Source: Octopus sinensis (lineage: Eukaryota). From it: a stretch of DNA of 33,291 nt. The notes under the pieces are model-generated. The model saw only the letters and a list, made by a program, of their open reading frames with translations. It was not told the origin of the DNA and made no database searches. Shown piece by piece: positions 1-13,500 of this stretch (the stretch's first letter is position 1; each line of letters opens with the position of its first letter). The stretch spans positions 1 through 33,291 of the forward strand of contig NW_021832113.1 in the NCBI RefSeq assembly GCF_006345805.1, given 5' to 3'. The position numbers and the translations under genes were made by a program.

Positions 1-1430
1 AAAGTCACGATAGAGTTAATATTGTCTTCTGGAAGAGGGAACTATAATTTATTTCTTTAGGTGTAAACTCGTGAGTTAATAAGATAGTTGTTTGTTTTTC
101 TACTAAGATCTTTCGTAAGTTTTCTGATAGGTTATTCTTGATGTTGTTATGTAGCCAGATGTCTGTCGTAATATGTTGTATTTTCTGGGGCTGTGTACCC
201 TGAATGTCTCTGAATTCTAATTAAATATTAACTCTGTATAAGAATATTCATCATGAACTTAATTTTATTAAATGTTAAATTTGGTATTGAACCGTGAACA
301 TCTGTTTGCATTTAAACAAATTATTGGTGTTTATACAAAATATACAAACGGAAATTGAATATAACTTGAATACACAAATCCTTCTTTGTAACTATATATA
401 ATATACACTTATTACATTGTTTGAACAGCATTTACCATCCATATAGTCATTCTTTTTCTCACTCTTGTTAGATTTTAGATGATATTAATGCTAAAAGAGG
501 CACAGTTTTCCGAGTGTTTCACCATTTGGTCTTGATTGTTGCGTTCAAATTATTTAATGAAAGATAGTCATTGTTATTTGACCAGGAAATGAATTAATCA
601 TTAGTATTTGGCAGTGGACTTGGTTATATCTTTCTTCGTTTGCTCATGGAACTACCATAATATTAGCTGTGCTGAGACACAGTCATATTCATAGTAATGA
701 AGGCTATATGTTCTTTACTCAGATTATATACAATCTATATTGATATCTAGTATTGCACCGTCAAGCACAGTGCCATTGTATCACATATATACCCAATTAT
801 CATGATAATTAATAAGCTATAATTCATTAACTCTCTTACAGTTGTATGTCTGAATTGTAAACTGATTTTGTCATAGGGACATCGTGTACCATCACATTAC
901 ATTTTATATCTTGTTAGGGATCATGTTGGGGAAGGGTGTATGGAATTTGGCTTGTGGAGATGATTTTTAGGGGACAGATTGTGTGCGGGGTGGAGGGTAT
1001 GCACATAAAGGACATGTCTTTATGGGCTCAGTTTCACTTAATTAGAGAGGAATTCTAGAGATGAGAGGACAGTGCCATGCCATAGATTTGGCACAGTTAT
1101 AAGAAAAGAAAGACAAAGCCAAGGGAAAACTGTTATCAAGTTTTAATTAAATGAGATAATTGCAACATTGTTAGAATATTTAATGTGTTTTTAGAGAGAG
1201 AGAGGGAGAGGGTGGATTTAGAAATGTTAGTCTGTTTTATTGTGGACATATTGAGCTATTACATGGGACCACTGTAGAAAGTACAGAAATATTGACCAAA
1301 ACCATAATGGTCAACATTTGACCAGTAACGACAGGAATTGAATGTCTCACAATAACAAGGTAGTGTTTAATAAAAATAAAGATAAAGGAAGTTTATTTTT
1401 AAGTGTAAAACTTGGAAATATTTATTTCAG

Positions 1431-1508
1431 GGGCTCCAGAGTTTGAGGACAGATGTGTACAAACGGAGGCTACATGTCAGGAATTAGGGGCTGCATCTCA
1501 AGCAATAG
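1431..1508 (+). CDS. Repeat exon R1, 78 nt, phase 1-1: (G)APEFEDRCVQTEATCQELGAASQAI
   Basis: tttatttcag|GGGCTCC...GCAATAG|gtgagt; only the phase-1 frame is open. Confidence 0.75.
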
Positions 1509-4500
1509 GTGAGTATAAAATAATAGTTCCTAATTGATTTCTGTAAGGTTTTCTTCCCCCGAGTATATTGTGCTTGAAAAAATAACTGAAAACAGCTTCC
1601 ATTCCCCTTTTCCAATTGAACGATTATCCGTATAATAATTGAATTAAAGATATCGATTTGCTGAGAGTTTATGAAATACTCATTGAGGTTAATGCTGTTG
1701 GTAATAATGTTCAAATTAGAAGACACAATAGAGTTAATATTGTCATTTGGTGACGGAACGCATCATCATCATCATAATCATCATCATCGTTTAACGTCCG
1801 TTTTCATTGTAGCATGGGTTGGACGATTTCACTGGCAAGGCAGTAGGCTGCGCCAGGCTCCAATGTGATCTGGCAAGGTTTCCACATATGTATGCCATTC
1901 CTAACCACTTCGAGAGTGTGGTGGGTGCTTTTTACGTGCCACCGACACAGGAGCCAGTTGAAGTGGGAGCTGGTATTGACCACGTTCGGATGGTACTTTT
2001 TACATGCCAACGGCACAGGGAACCAGTCAGGCGGCACTGGGCACAAACAACGCTTGAATGTTACGTAATACGTGCCACCGGCACGGTTGCCAGTGAGGCG
2101 GCACTGGCATCGGCCATAATTACAATTTGCATTTTGATTTCGATCTTGATTTGATTTTGATTCGTGATTTCTGGTTTTTGGTTTTACTTGATTCAGAAAT
2201 TCTTCTCAAGCGCAACTTATCACTCTGTGATTCAAGGGCACTTTTAAAAGGGGCTGGTTATGCGACACTGGTATAGGCTACAGCTTTGATCTCACTTCAC
2301 TTGCCGGGTCTTCTCAATCACATCATATTTACAGAGGTCTCTGTCTCTTGCCATTACCTCTGTGAGGCCCAACGTTCGAAGGTCGTTTCACCACGTCATC
2401 CCCTGTCTTCCTGGGTCAGCCCTTTCCACGGATTCCTTCCACTGTGAGGGTGTAACACTTCTTCCCACAGCTCTCCTCATCCATACACATGACCATACCA
2501 GTGCAGTTGTCTCTCTTGTACACCACATCTGATACTTATTATGTCTAACACTTCTCTCAGGCCTCTTCACTCTGCATTGTGTGCACACTGACATCATTGG
2601 GTTCAAATTATTTAATAGAATATGGTCATTGTTATTTGACCAGGAAATGAATTAAGCATTAGTATTTGACAGTGGACTTGGTTATATCTTTCTTCGTTTG
2701 CTCATGGAACTACCATAATATTAGCTGTGCTGAGACACAATCATATTCATTGTAATGAAGGTTATACGTTCTTTACTCATATTATATACAATCTATATTA
2801 ATATCTAGTATTGCACCGTCAAGCACAGTGCCATTGTATTACATATATACCTAATTATCATGATAATTAATAAGCTATAATTCATTAACTCTCTTACAAT
2901 TGTATGTCTGAAATGTAAACTTATTTTGTCATAGCATCATCCTGTACCCTCACTTAACATTTTTCACCTTGTTAGGGATCATGTGGGGGAAGGGTATATG
3001 GAATTTGGCTTGTGGAGATGTCTTGTAGGGGACAGATTGTGTGCGGGGTGGAGAGTATGCACATAGAGGACATGTTTTATGGGCTCAGTTTCACTTAATT
3101 AGAGAGGAATGTTGATTAGTGAATTCTAGAGATGAGAGGACAGTGCCATGCCATGGATTTGGTAGTTATAAGAAAAGAAAGACAAAGTCAAGAGAAAACT
3201 CTTATCAAGTGTTAATTAAATGAGATAATTGGTACATTGTTAGAATATTCAATGTGTTCTTAGAGAGATAGATAGAGAGAGAGAGAGAGCGGGTGGATTT
3301 AGAAATGTTAGTCTGTTTTATTGTGGACATATTGTGCTATTACATGAGACCACTGTAGAAAGTACAGAAATATTGACCAAAACCATAATGGTCAACATTT
3401 GACCAGTAACGACAGGAATTGAATGTCTCACAATAACAAGGTAGTGCTTAATAAAAATAAAGATAAAGAAAGTTTATTTTTAAATGTAAAACTTGGAAAT
3501 ATTTATTTCAGGGGCTCCAGAGTTTGAGGACAGGTGTGTACAAACGGAGGCTACATGTCAGGAATTAGGGGCTGCATCTCAAGCAATAGGTGAGTATAAA
3601 ATAATAGTTCCCAATTGATTTCTGTAAGATTTTCTTCCCCCGAGTATATTGTGCTTGAAAGAATAACTGAAAAAAGCTTCCATTCCTATTTTCCAATTGA
3701 ACGATTATCCGTATAGTAATTGAATTAAAGATATCGATTTACTGAGAGTTTATGAAATTCCCATTGAGGTTAATGCTGTTGGTAATAATGTTCAAATTAG
3801 AAGACACAATAGAGTTAATATTGTCATTTGGTGACGGAACGCATCATCATCATCATAATCATCATCATCGTTTAACGTCCGTCTTCATAGTAGCATGGGT
3901 CGGACGAATTCACTGGCAAGGCAGTAGGCTGCGCCAGGCTCCAATGTGATCTGGCAAGGTTTCCACATATGTATGCCATTCCTAACGCCAACCACTCCGA
4001 GAGTGTGGTGGGTGCTTTTTACGTGCCACCCACACAGGAGCCAGTTGAAGTGGGGGCTGGTATTGACCACGTTCGGATGGTGCTTTTTACGTGCCAATGG
4101 CACAGGGAACCAGTCAGGCGGCACTGGCCACAAACAACGTTTGAATGTTACTTATTACATGCCATCGGCACGGTTGTCAGCGAGGCGGCACTGGCATCGG
4201 CCATAATTACAATTTGCATTTTGATTTCGATCTTGATTTGATTTTGATTTGTGATTTCTGGTTTTTGGTTTTACTTGACTCAGAAATTCTTCTCAAGTGC
4301 AACTTATCACTCTGTGATTCAAGGGTACTTTTAAAAGGGGCTGGTTATGCGACACTGGTATAGGCTACAGCTTTGATCTCACTTCACTTGCCGGGTCTTC
4401 TCAATCACATCATATTTACAGAGGTCTCTGTCTCTTGCCATTACCTCTGTGAGGCCCAACGTTCGAAGGTCGCTTCACCACGTCATCCCCTGTCTTCCTG

Positions 4501-7500
4501 GGTCACCTCACTTCCACGGGTTCCTTCCACTGTGAGGGTGTAACACTTCTTCCCACAGCTCTCCTCATCCATACACATGACCATACCAGTGCAGTTGTCT
4601 CTCTTGTACACCACATCTGATGCTTCTTATGTCTAACACTTCTCTCAGGCCTCTTCACTCTGCATTGTGTGCACACTGACATCATTGGGTTCAAATTATT
4701 TAATAGAATATGGTCATTGTTATTTGACCAGGAAATGAATTAAGCATTAGTATTTGGCAGTGGACTTGGTTATATCTTTCTTCATTTGCTCATGGAACTA
4801 CCATAATATTAGCTGTGCTGAGACACAATCATATTCATTGTAATGAAGGTTATACGTTCTTTACTCAGATTATATACAATCTATATTGATATCTAGTATT
4901 GCACTGTCAAGCACAGTGCCGTTATATCACATATATACCCAATTATCATGATAATTAATAAGCTATAATTCATTAACTCCCTTACATTTGTATGTATGAA
5001 ATGTAAACGTATTTTGACATAGCATCATCGTGTACCCTCACTTAACATTTTTCACCTTGTTAGGGATCATGTTGGGGAAGGGTATATGGAATTTGGCTTG
5101 TGGAGATGTTTTTTAGGGGACAGATTGTGTGCGGGGTGGAGAGTATGCACATAAAGGACATGTCTTTATGGGCTCAGTTTCACTTAATTAGAGAGGAATT
5201 CTAGAGATGAGAGGACAGTGCCATGCCATAGATTTGGCACAGTTATAAGAAAAGAAAGACAAAGCCAAGGGAAAACTGTTATCAAGTGTTAATTAAATGA
5301 GATAATTGGTACATTGTTAGAATATTTAATGTATTCTTAGAGAGAGAGAGAGAACGAGAGAGAGGGAGGGTGGATTTAGAAATGTTAGTCTGTTTTATTG
5401 TGGACATATTGGGCTATTACATGAGACCACTGTAAAAAGTACAGAAATATTGACCAAAACCATAATGGTCAACATTTGACCAGTAACGACAGGAATTGAA
5501 TGACTCACAATAACAAGGTAGAGTTTAATAAAAATAAAGATAAAGAAAGTTTATTTTTAAATGTAAAACTTGGAAATATTTATTTCAGGGGCTCCAGAGT
5601 TTGAGGACAGGTGTGTACAAACGGAGGCTACATGTCAGGAATTAGGGGCTGCATCTCAAGCAATAGGTGAGTATAAAATAATAGTTCCCAATTGATTTCT
5701 GTAAGGTTTTCTTCCCCTGAGTATATTGTGCTTGAAAGAATAACTGAAAATAGCTTCCATTCCTATTTTCCAATTGAACGATTATCCGTATAGTAATTGA
5801 ATTAAAGATATCGATTTACTGAGGGTTTATGAAATTCCCATTGAGGTTAATGCTGTTGGTAATAATGTTCAAATTAGAAGACACAATAGAGTTAATATTG
5901 TCATTTGGTGACGGAACGCATCATCACCATCATAATTATCATCATCGTTTAACGTTCGTTTTCATAGTAGCATGGGTTGGACGATTTCACTGGCAAGGCA
6001 GTAGGCTGCGCCAGGCTCCAATGTGATCTGGCAAGGTTTCCACATATGTATGCCATTCCTAACGCCAACCACTTCGAGAGTGTGGTGGGTGCTTTTTACG
6101 TGCCACCGACACAGGAGCCAGTTGAAGTGGGAGCTGGTATTGACCACGTTCGGATGGTACTTTTTACATGCCAACGGCACAGGGAACCAGTCAGGCGGCA
6201 CTGGGCACAAACAACGCTTGAATGTTACGTAATACGTGCCACCGGCACGGTTGTCAGTGAGGCGGCACTGGCATCGGCCATAATTACAATTTGCATTTTG
6301 ATTTCGATCTTGATTTGATTTTGATTCGTGATTTCTGGTTTTTGGTTTTACTTGATTCAGAAATTCTTCTCAAGCGCAACTTATCACTCTGTGATTCAAG
6401 GCACTTTTAAAAGGGGCTGGTTATGCGACACTGGTATAGGCTACAGCTTTGATCTCACTTCACTTGCCGGGTCTTCTCAATCACATCATATTTACAGAGG
6501 TCTCTGTCTCTTGCCATTACCTCTGTGGGCCCAACGTTCGAAGGTCGTTTCACCACGTCATCCCCTGTCTTCCTGGGTCAGCCCTTTCCACGGATTCCTT
6601 CCACTGTGAGGGTGTAACACTTCTTCCCACAGCTCTCCTCATCCATACACATGACCATACCAGTGCAGTTGTCTCTCTTGTACACCACATCTGATACTTA
6701 TTATGTCTAACACTTCTCTCAGGCCTCTTCACTCTGCATTGTGTGCACACTGACATCGTTGGGTTCAAATTATTTAATAGAATATGGTCATTGTTATTTG
6801 ACCAGGAAATGAATTAAGCATTAGTATTTGGCAGTGGACTTGGTTATATCTTTCTTCGTTTGCTCATGGAACTACCATAATATTAGCTGTGCTGAGACAC
6901 AATCATATTCATTGTAATGAAGGTTATACGTTCTTTACTCAGATTATATACAATCTATATTGATATCTAGTATTGCACCGTCAGGCACAGTGACATTGTA
7001 TCACATATATACCTAATTATCATGATAATTAATAAGCTATAATTCATTAACTCTCTTACATTTGTATGTCTGAAATGTAAACTTATTTTGTCATAGCATC
7101 ATCCTGTACCCTCACTTAACATTTTTCACCTTGTTAGTGATCATGTGGGGGAAGGGTATATGGAATTTGGCTTGTGGAGATGTTTTGTAGGGGACAGATT
7201 GTGTGCGGGGTGGAGGGTATGCACATAGAGGACATGTTTTATGGGCTCAGTTTCACTTAATTAGAGAGGTATGTTGATTAGTGAATTCTAGAGATGAGAG
7301 GACAGTGCCATGCCATGGATTTGGTAGTTATAAGAAAAGAAAGACAAAGTCAAGAGAAAACTCTTATCAAGTGTTAATTAAATGAGATAATTGGTACATT
7401 GTTAGAATATTTAATGTGTTCTTAGAGAGATAGATAGAGAGAGCGAGAGAGCGGGTGGATTTAGAAATGTTAGCCTGTTTTATTGTGGACATATTGGGCT

Positions 7501-10500
7501 ATTACATGAGACCACTGTAGAAAGTACAGAAATATTGACCAAAACCATAATGGTCAACATTTGACCAGTAACGACAGGAATTGAATGTCTCACAATAACA
7601 AGGTAGTGCTTAATAAAAATAAAGATAAAGAAAGTTTATTTTTAAATGTAAAACTTGGAAATATTTATTTCAGGGGCTCCAGAGTTTGAGGACAGGTGTG
7701 TACAAACGGAGGCTACATGTCAGGAATTAGGGGCTGCATCTCAAGCAATAGGTGAGTATAAAATAATAGTTCCCAATTGATTTCTGTAAGGTTTTCTTCC
7801 CCCGAGTATATTGTGCTTGAAAGAATAACTGAAAATAGCTTCCATTCCTATTTTCCAATTGAACGATTATCCGTATAGTAATTGAATTAAAGATATCGAT
7901 TTACTGAGGGTTTATGAAATTCCCATTGAGGTTAATGCTGTTGGTAATAATGTTCAAATTAGAAGACACAATAGAGTTAATATTGTCATTTGGTGACGGA
8001 ACGCATCATCATCATCGTTTAACGTCCGTCTTCATAGTAGCATGAGTCGGACGAATTCAATGGCAAGGCAGTAGGCTGCGCCAGGCTCCAATGTGATCTG
8101 GCAAGGTTTCCACATATGAATGCCATTCCTAACGCCAACCACTTCGAGAGTGTGGTGGGTGCTTTTTACGTGCCAACAGCACAGGGAACCAGTCAGGCGG
8201 CACTGGCCACAAACAACGTTTGAATGTTACTTATTACGTGCCACCGGCACGGGTGCCAGCCAGGCGGCACTGGCATCGGCCATAATTACAATTTGCATTT
8301 TGATTTCGATCTTCATTTGATTTTGATTTGTGATTTCTGGTTTTTGGTTTTACTTGATTCAGAAATTCTTCTCAAGCGCAACTTATCACTCTGTGATTCA
8401 AGGGTACTTTTAAAAGGGGCTGGTTATGCGACACTGGTATAGGCTACAGCTTTGATCTCACTTCACTTGCCGGGTCTTCTCAATCACATCATATTTACAG
8501 AGGTCTCTGTCTCTTGCCATTACCTCTGTGAGGCCCAACGTTCGAAGTCATTTCATTTCACCACGTCATCCCCTGTCTTCCTGGGTCACCCCTTTCCACG
8601 GATTCCTTCCACTGTGAGGGTGTAACACTTCTTCCCACAGCTCTCCTCATCCATACACATGACCATACCAGTGCAGTTGTCTCTCTTGTACACACACATC
8701 TGATACTTATTATGTCTAACACTTCTCTCTCAGGCCTCTTCACTCTGCATTGTGTGCACACTGACATCGTTGGGTTCAAATTATTTAATAGAATATGGTC
8801 ATTGTTATTTGACCAGGAAATGAATTAAGCATTAGTATTTGATAGTGGACTTGGTTATATCTTTCTTCGTTTGCTCATGGAACTACCATAATATTAGCTG
8901 TGCTGAGACACAATCATATTCATTGTAATGAAGGTTATATGTTCTTTACTCAGATTATATAGAATCTATATTGATATCTAGTATTGCACTGTCAAGCACA
9001 GTGCCATTGTATTACATATATACCTAATTATCATGATAATTAATAAGCTATAATTCATTAACTCTCTTACATTTGTATGTATGAAATGTAAACTTATTTT
9101 GTCATAGCATCATCCTGTACCCTCACTTAACATTTTTCACCTTGTTAGGGATCATGTGGGGGAAGGGTATATGGAATTTGGCTTGTGGAGATGTTTTGTA
9201 GGGGACAGATTGTGTGCGGGGTGGAGGGTATGCACATAGAGGACATGTTTTATGGGCTCAGTTTCACTTAATTAGAGAGGTATGTTGATTAGTGAATTCT
9301 AGAGATGAGAGGACAGTGCCATGCCATAGATTTGGTAGTTATAAGAAAAGAAAGACAAAGTCAAGAGAAAACTCTTATCAAGTGTTAATTAAATGAGATA
9401 ATTGGTACAATGTTAGAATATTTAATGTGTTCTTAGAGAGATAGATAGAGAGAGAGAGAGAGCGGGTGGATTTAGAAATGTTAGCCTGTTTTATTGTGGA
9501 CATATTGGGCTATTACATGAGACCACTGTAGAAAGTACAGAAATATTGACCAAAACCATAATGGTCAACATTTGACCAGTAACGACAGGAATTGAATGTC
9601 TCACAATAACAAGGTAGTGCTTAATAAAGATAAAGAAAGTTTATTTTTAAATGTAAAACTTGGAAATATTTATTTCAGGGGCTCCAGAGTTTGAGGACAG
9701 GTGTGTACAAACGGAGGCTACATGTCAGGAATTAGGGGCTGCATCTCAAGCAATAGGTGAGTATAAAATAATAGTTCCCAATTGATTTCTGTAAGGTTTT
9801 CTTCCCCCGAGTATATTGTGCTTGAAAGAATAACTGAAAACAGCTTCCATTCCTATTTTCCAATTGAACGATTATCCGTATAGTAATTGAATTAAAGATA
9901 TCGATTTACTGAGAGTTTATGAAATTCCCATTGAGGTTAATGCTGTTGGTAATAATGTTCAAATTAGAAGACACAATAGAGTTAATATTGTCATTTGGTG
10001 ACGGAACGCATCATCATCATCATAATCATCATCATCGGTTAACGTCCGTCTTCATAGTAGCATGGGTCGGACGAATTCACTGGCAAGGCAGTAGGCTGCA
10101 CCAGGCTCCAATGTGATCTGGCAAGGTTTCCACATATGTATGCCATTCCTAACGCCAACCACTCCGAGAGTGTGGTGGGTGCTGTTTACGTGCCACCGAC
10201 ACAGGAGCCAGTTGAAGTGGGGGCTGGTATTGACCACGTTCGGATGGTGCTTTTTACGTGCCAACAGCACAGGGAACCAGTCAGGCGGCACTGGCCACAA
10301 ACAACGTTTGAATGTTACTTATTACGTGCCACTGGCACGGGTGCCAGCCAGGCGGCACTGGCATCGGCCGTAATTGCAATTTGCATTTTGATTTCGATCT
10401 TCATTTGATTTTGATTTGTGATTTCTGGTTTTTGGTTTTACTTGATTCAGAAATTCTTCTCAAGCGCAACTTATCACTCTGTGATTCAAGGGTACTTTTA

Positions 10501-13500
10501 AAAAGGGCTGGTTATGTGACACTGGTATAGGCTACAGCTTTGATCTCACTTCACTTGCCGGGTCTTCTCAATCACATCATATATACAGAGGTCTCTGTCT
10601 CTTGCCATTACCTCTGTGAGGCCCAACGTTCGAAGGTCGTTTCACCACGTCATCCCCTGTCTTCCTGGGTCACCCCTTTCCACGGATTCCTTCCACTGTG
10701 AGGGGGTAACACTTCTTCCCACAGCTCTCCTCATCCATACACATGACCATACCAGTGCAGTTGTCTCTCTTGTACACCACATCTGATACTTATTATGTCT
10801 AACACTTCTCTCAGGCCTCTTCACTCTGCATTGTGTGCACACTGACATCGTTGGGTTCAAATTATTTAATAGAATATGGTCATTGTTATTTGACCAGGAA
10901 ATGAATTAATCATTAGTATTTGACAGTGGACTTGGTTATATCTTTCTTCGTTTGCTCATGGAACTACCATAATATTAGCTGTGCTGAGACACAATCATAT
11001 TCATTGTAATGAAGGTTATATGTTCTTTACTCAGATTATATAGAATCTATATTGATATCTAGTATTGCACTGTCAGGCACAGTGACATTGTATCACATAT
11101 ATACCCAATTATCATGATAATTAATAAGCTATAATTCATTAACTCTCTTAGATTTGTATGTCTGAAATGTAAACTTATTTTGTCATAGGAACATCATGTA
11201 CCCTCACCTTACATTTTATATTTTGTTAGGGATCATGTTGGGGAAGGATGTGTGCAATTTGGCTTGTGGAGATGTTTTTTAGGGGACAGATTGTGTGCGG
11301 AGTGGAGGGTATGCACATAAAGGACATCTTTATGGGCTCAGTTTTACTTAATTAGAGAGTTGATTAGTGAACTCTAGAGATGAGAGGACTGTGCCATGCC
11401 ATGGATTTGGTAGTTATAAGAAAAGAAAGACAAAGCTAAGAGAAAACTGTTATCAAGTGTTAATTAAATGAGATAATTGCAACATTGTTAGAATATTTAA
11501 TGTGTTTTTAGAGAGAGAGAGAGAGAGGAGGGGAGGGTGGATTCAGGAATGCTAGTCTGTTTTATTGTGGACATATTGGGCTATTACATGGGACCACTGT
11601 AGAAAGTACAGAAATATTGACCAAAACCATAATGGTCAACATTTGACCAGTAACGACAGAAATTGAATGTCTCACAATAACAAGATAGAGTTTAATAAAA
11701 ATAAAGATAAAGAAAGTTTATTTTTAAATGTAAAACTTGGAAATATTTATTTCAGAGGCTCCAAAGTTTGAGGACAGGCGTGTAAAAACAGAGGCTACAT
11801 GTCAGGAATTAGGGGCTGCATCTCAGGTAATAGGTGAGTATAAAATAATAGTTCCCAATTGATTTCTGTAAGGTTTTCTTCCCCCGAGTATATTGTGCTT
11901 GAAAGAATAACTGAAAACAGCTTCCATTCCTATTTTCTAATTGAACGATTATCTGTATAATAATTGAATTAAAGATATCGATTTACTGTGAGTTTATGAA
12001 ATACCCATTGAGGTTAGCACTGTTGGTAATAATGTTCAAATTAGAAGACACAATAGAGTAAATTTTGTCATTTGGTCACAAGTATAATCAAGTATAATCT
12101 TGGAAATATTTATTTCAGCAAGGCCAATATTTGAAGACAAAGAGGTCCAGACAGTAGAAGAGCCACGTGCTGAGTATAGAATGACATTACATAATTGATT
12201 TCTATAAAGTTTAGCTTTTACTGAGCTATTTTGGTCAATAGAATGACCGAGAACAGATACCACTGCTACATTTTATTTGAATGCTTAGCTATAAAGAAAT
12301 TCTGTTCTTCTACAACAACATGAATATCCAATAAATGTACTTTATGCAAACATCTGTTACTCATTCACTCGCAGAAAGAAAGATACAAACATTAAATATA
12401 AACCCTGAAACGGTTCTCTCCCGTTAAGGAGAATATTCGCCCTGTTTGTCATCTCATTGTACTCATTCATTCTCTCTCTCTCACTCATGCTCTTTCTCTC
12501 CGTCTTTTCAAGAAAGATGCTGGTTAAAAGTTTCAATACAATAAATGATATCATCTTCATCTTTTCTCATCTGCTCTCCATGCTCCCATACACTAGGTGG
12601 GTCATCACTGTCCAAGTCAGTTGTATCTGAAATTACTGCCAACCGTCATTTGTTGAGGAAAACATCTCACTTAAACATTGCAGCTTTTCTAAGGTGGTAG
12701 ACCCTTTCTAACCCCAACCACTTTATAAAGGGTCCTGGGTATATTTTATTGTTGCACAAGCATTAGAAATGATCATCAATTCCCCAACAATATCAAACGT
12801 TCCTTTCAAACTTGTGGTGTCATCTTTCCTAGTTTCCACCAACCACTTCCTAGTGTGTTCTGGGAGCATTTAATTATAGCACAAGTAGTAATCAAGTTGT
12901 GTTACATTCTATATAATTAGACGGTCCTCACTATTCTATGATGTTTTGGTTCACTGAAGCTGATGACATTTTCAGGAGGTGAGAAGGGAATGTGATGACA
13001 AAAGTATCAGGATGCGGGGAGAGAAATTTGCAATACCCCCTCTCCTGGCTGTGGGGTCTTTGTCTTACATGTCTTTTGGCTAAATATGCCAGTACTTGTG
13101 CTTTATAAAAAGGGGCCACGTACACTTTGTGAGGTGGTTGGCATCAGTAAGAGCATCCTACAGTAGAAAACCATGCAAAAGAAACCATCTGGGGCCTGGT
13201 GCAGTTGTCTGGCTTGTCAGATCCTGTCAAGATTTCCAACCCATTCCAGCTTGGAAAACAAATTTTGAATATTGATGATGAGGATGATGATGCTGTCTTC
13301 CAGTAACTCATCATAATTCTTTGTCTTAGATTGTTACAGTAGTTTCCTGTCTGGTATAACATATTAGCTCAGTATAATAATATTGATTGTGAAAACCGGT
13401 TCAGTGATTTTGATAACATTCATATTGAACAGAGAACATATGTTCACATTTGAACAAAACATTGATGCTAGCATATGCAATACATGGAAAGGAATGAACG

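Larger units (their letters stand above)
544..12075 (+). repeat. Tandem array of about 5.5 units of ~2.08 kb (intron + 78-nt exon + RTE fragment)
   Basis: Exon starts at 1431, 3512, 5589, 7674, 9679 and 11756 give periods of 2081, 2077, 2085, 2005 and 2077; units are highly similar but not identical. Confidence 0.97.

Noticed and set aside
61-114. Two micro-exon-like segments (ttag|gtgtaaactc|gtgagt and taag|atctttc|gtaagt)
   Set aside because: 10 and 7 nt are not frame-preserving, the spacer is only 37 nt, and the sites are not conserved in paralogous units
765-800. CACAGTG heptamer in a small hairpin in every unit, resembling a RAG RSS
   Set aside because: No nonamer at 12/23 spacing; absent from the older paralogues
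1293-1326. Clustered TTGACCA/TGGTCAA inverted repeats resembling nuclear-receptor elements
   Set aside because: Spacers do not match a canonical element and the motif is not retained in the death-domain unit
1671-1868. Repeated 65-aa ORF with a poly-His stretch (also 3752, 5829, 9919) and other short ORFs in the array
   Set aside because: They cross the intron/RTE junction; the His run is the (CAT)n antisense tail and there is no splice or domain support
12930-12995. Possible extra exon ending ...ttttcaggag|gtgaga
   Set aside because: The candidate exon is not phase-symmetric, has no homology to the other exons and has a weak acceptor
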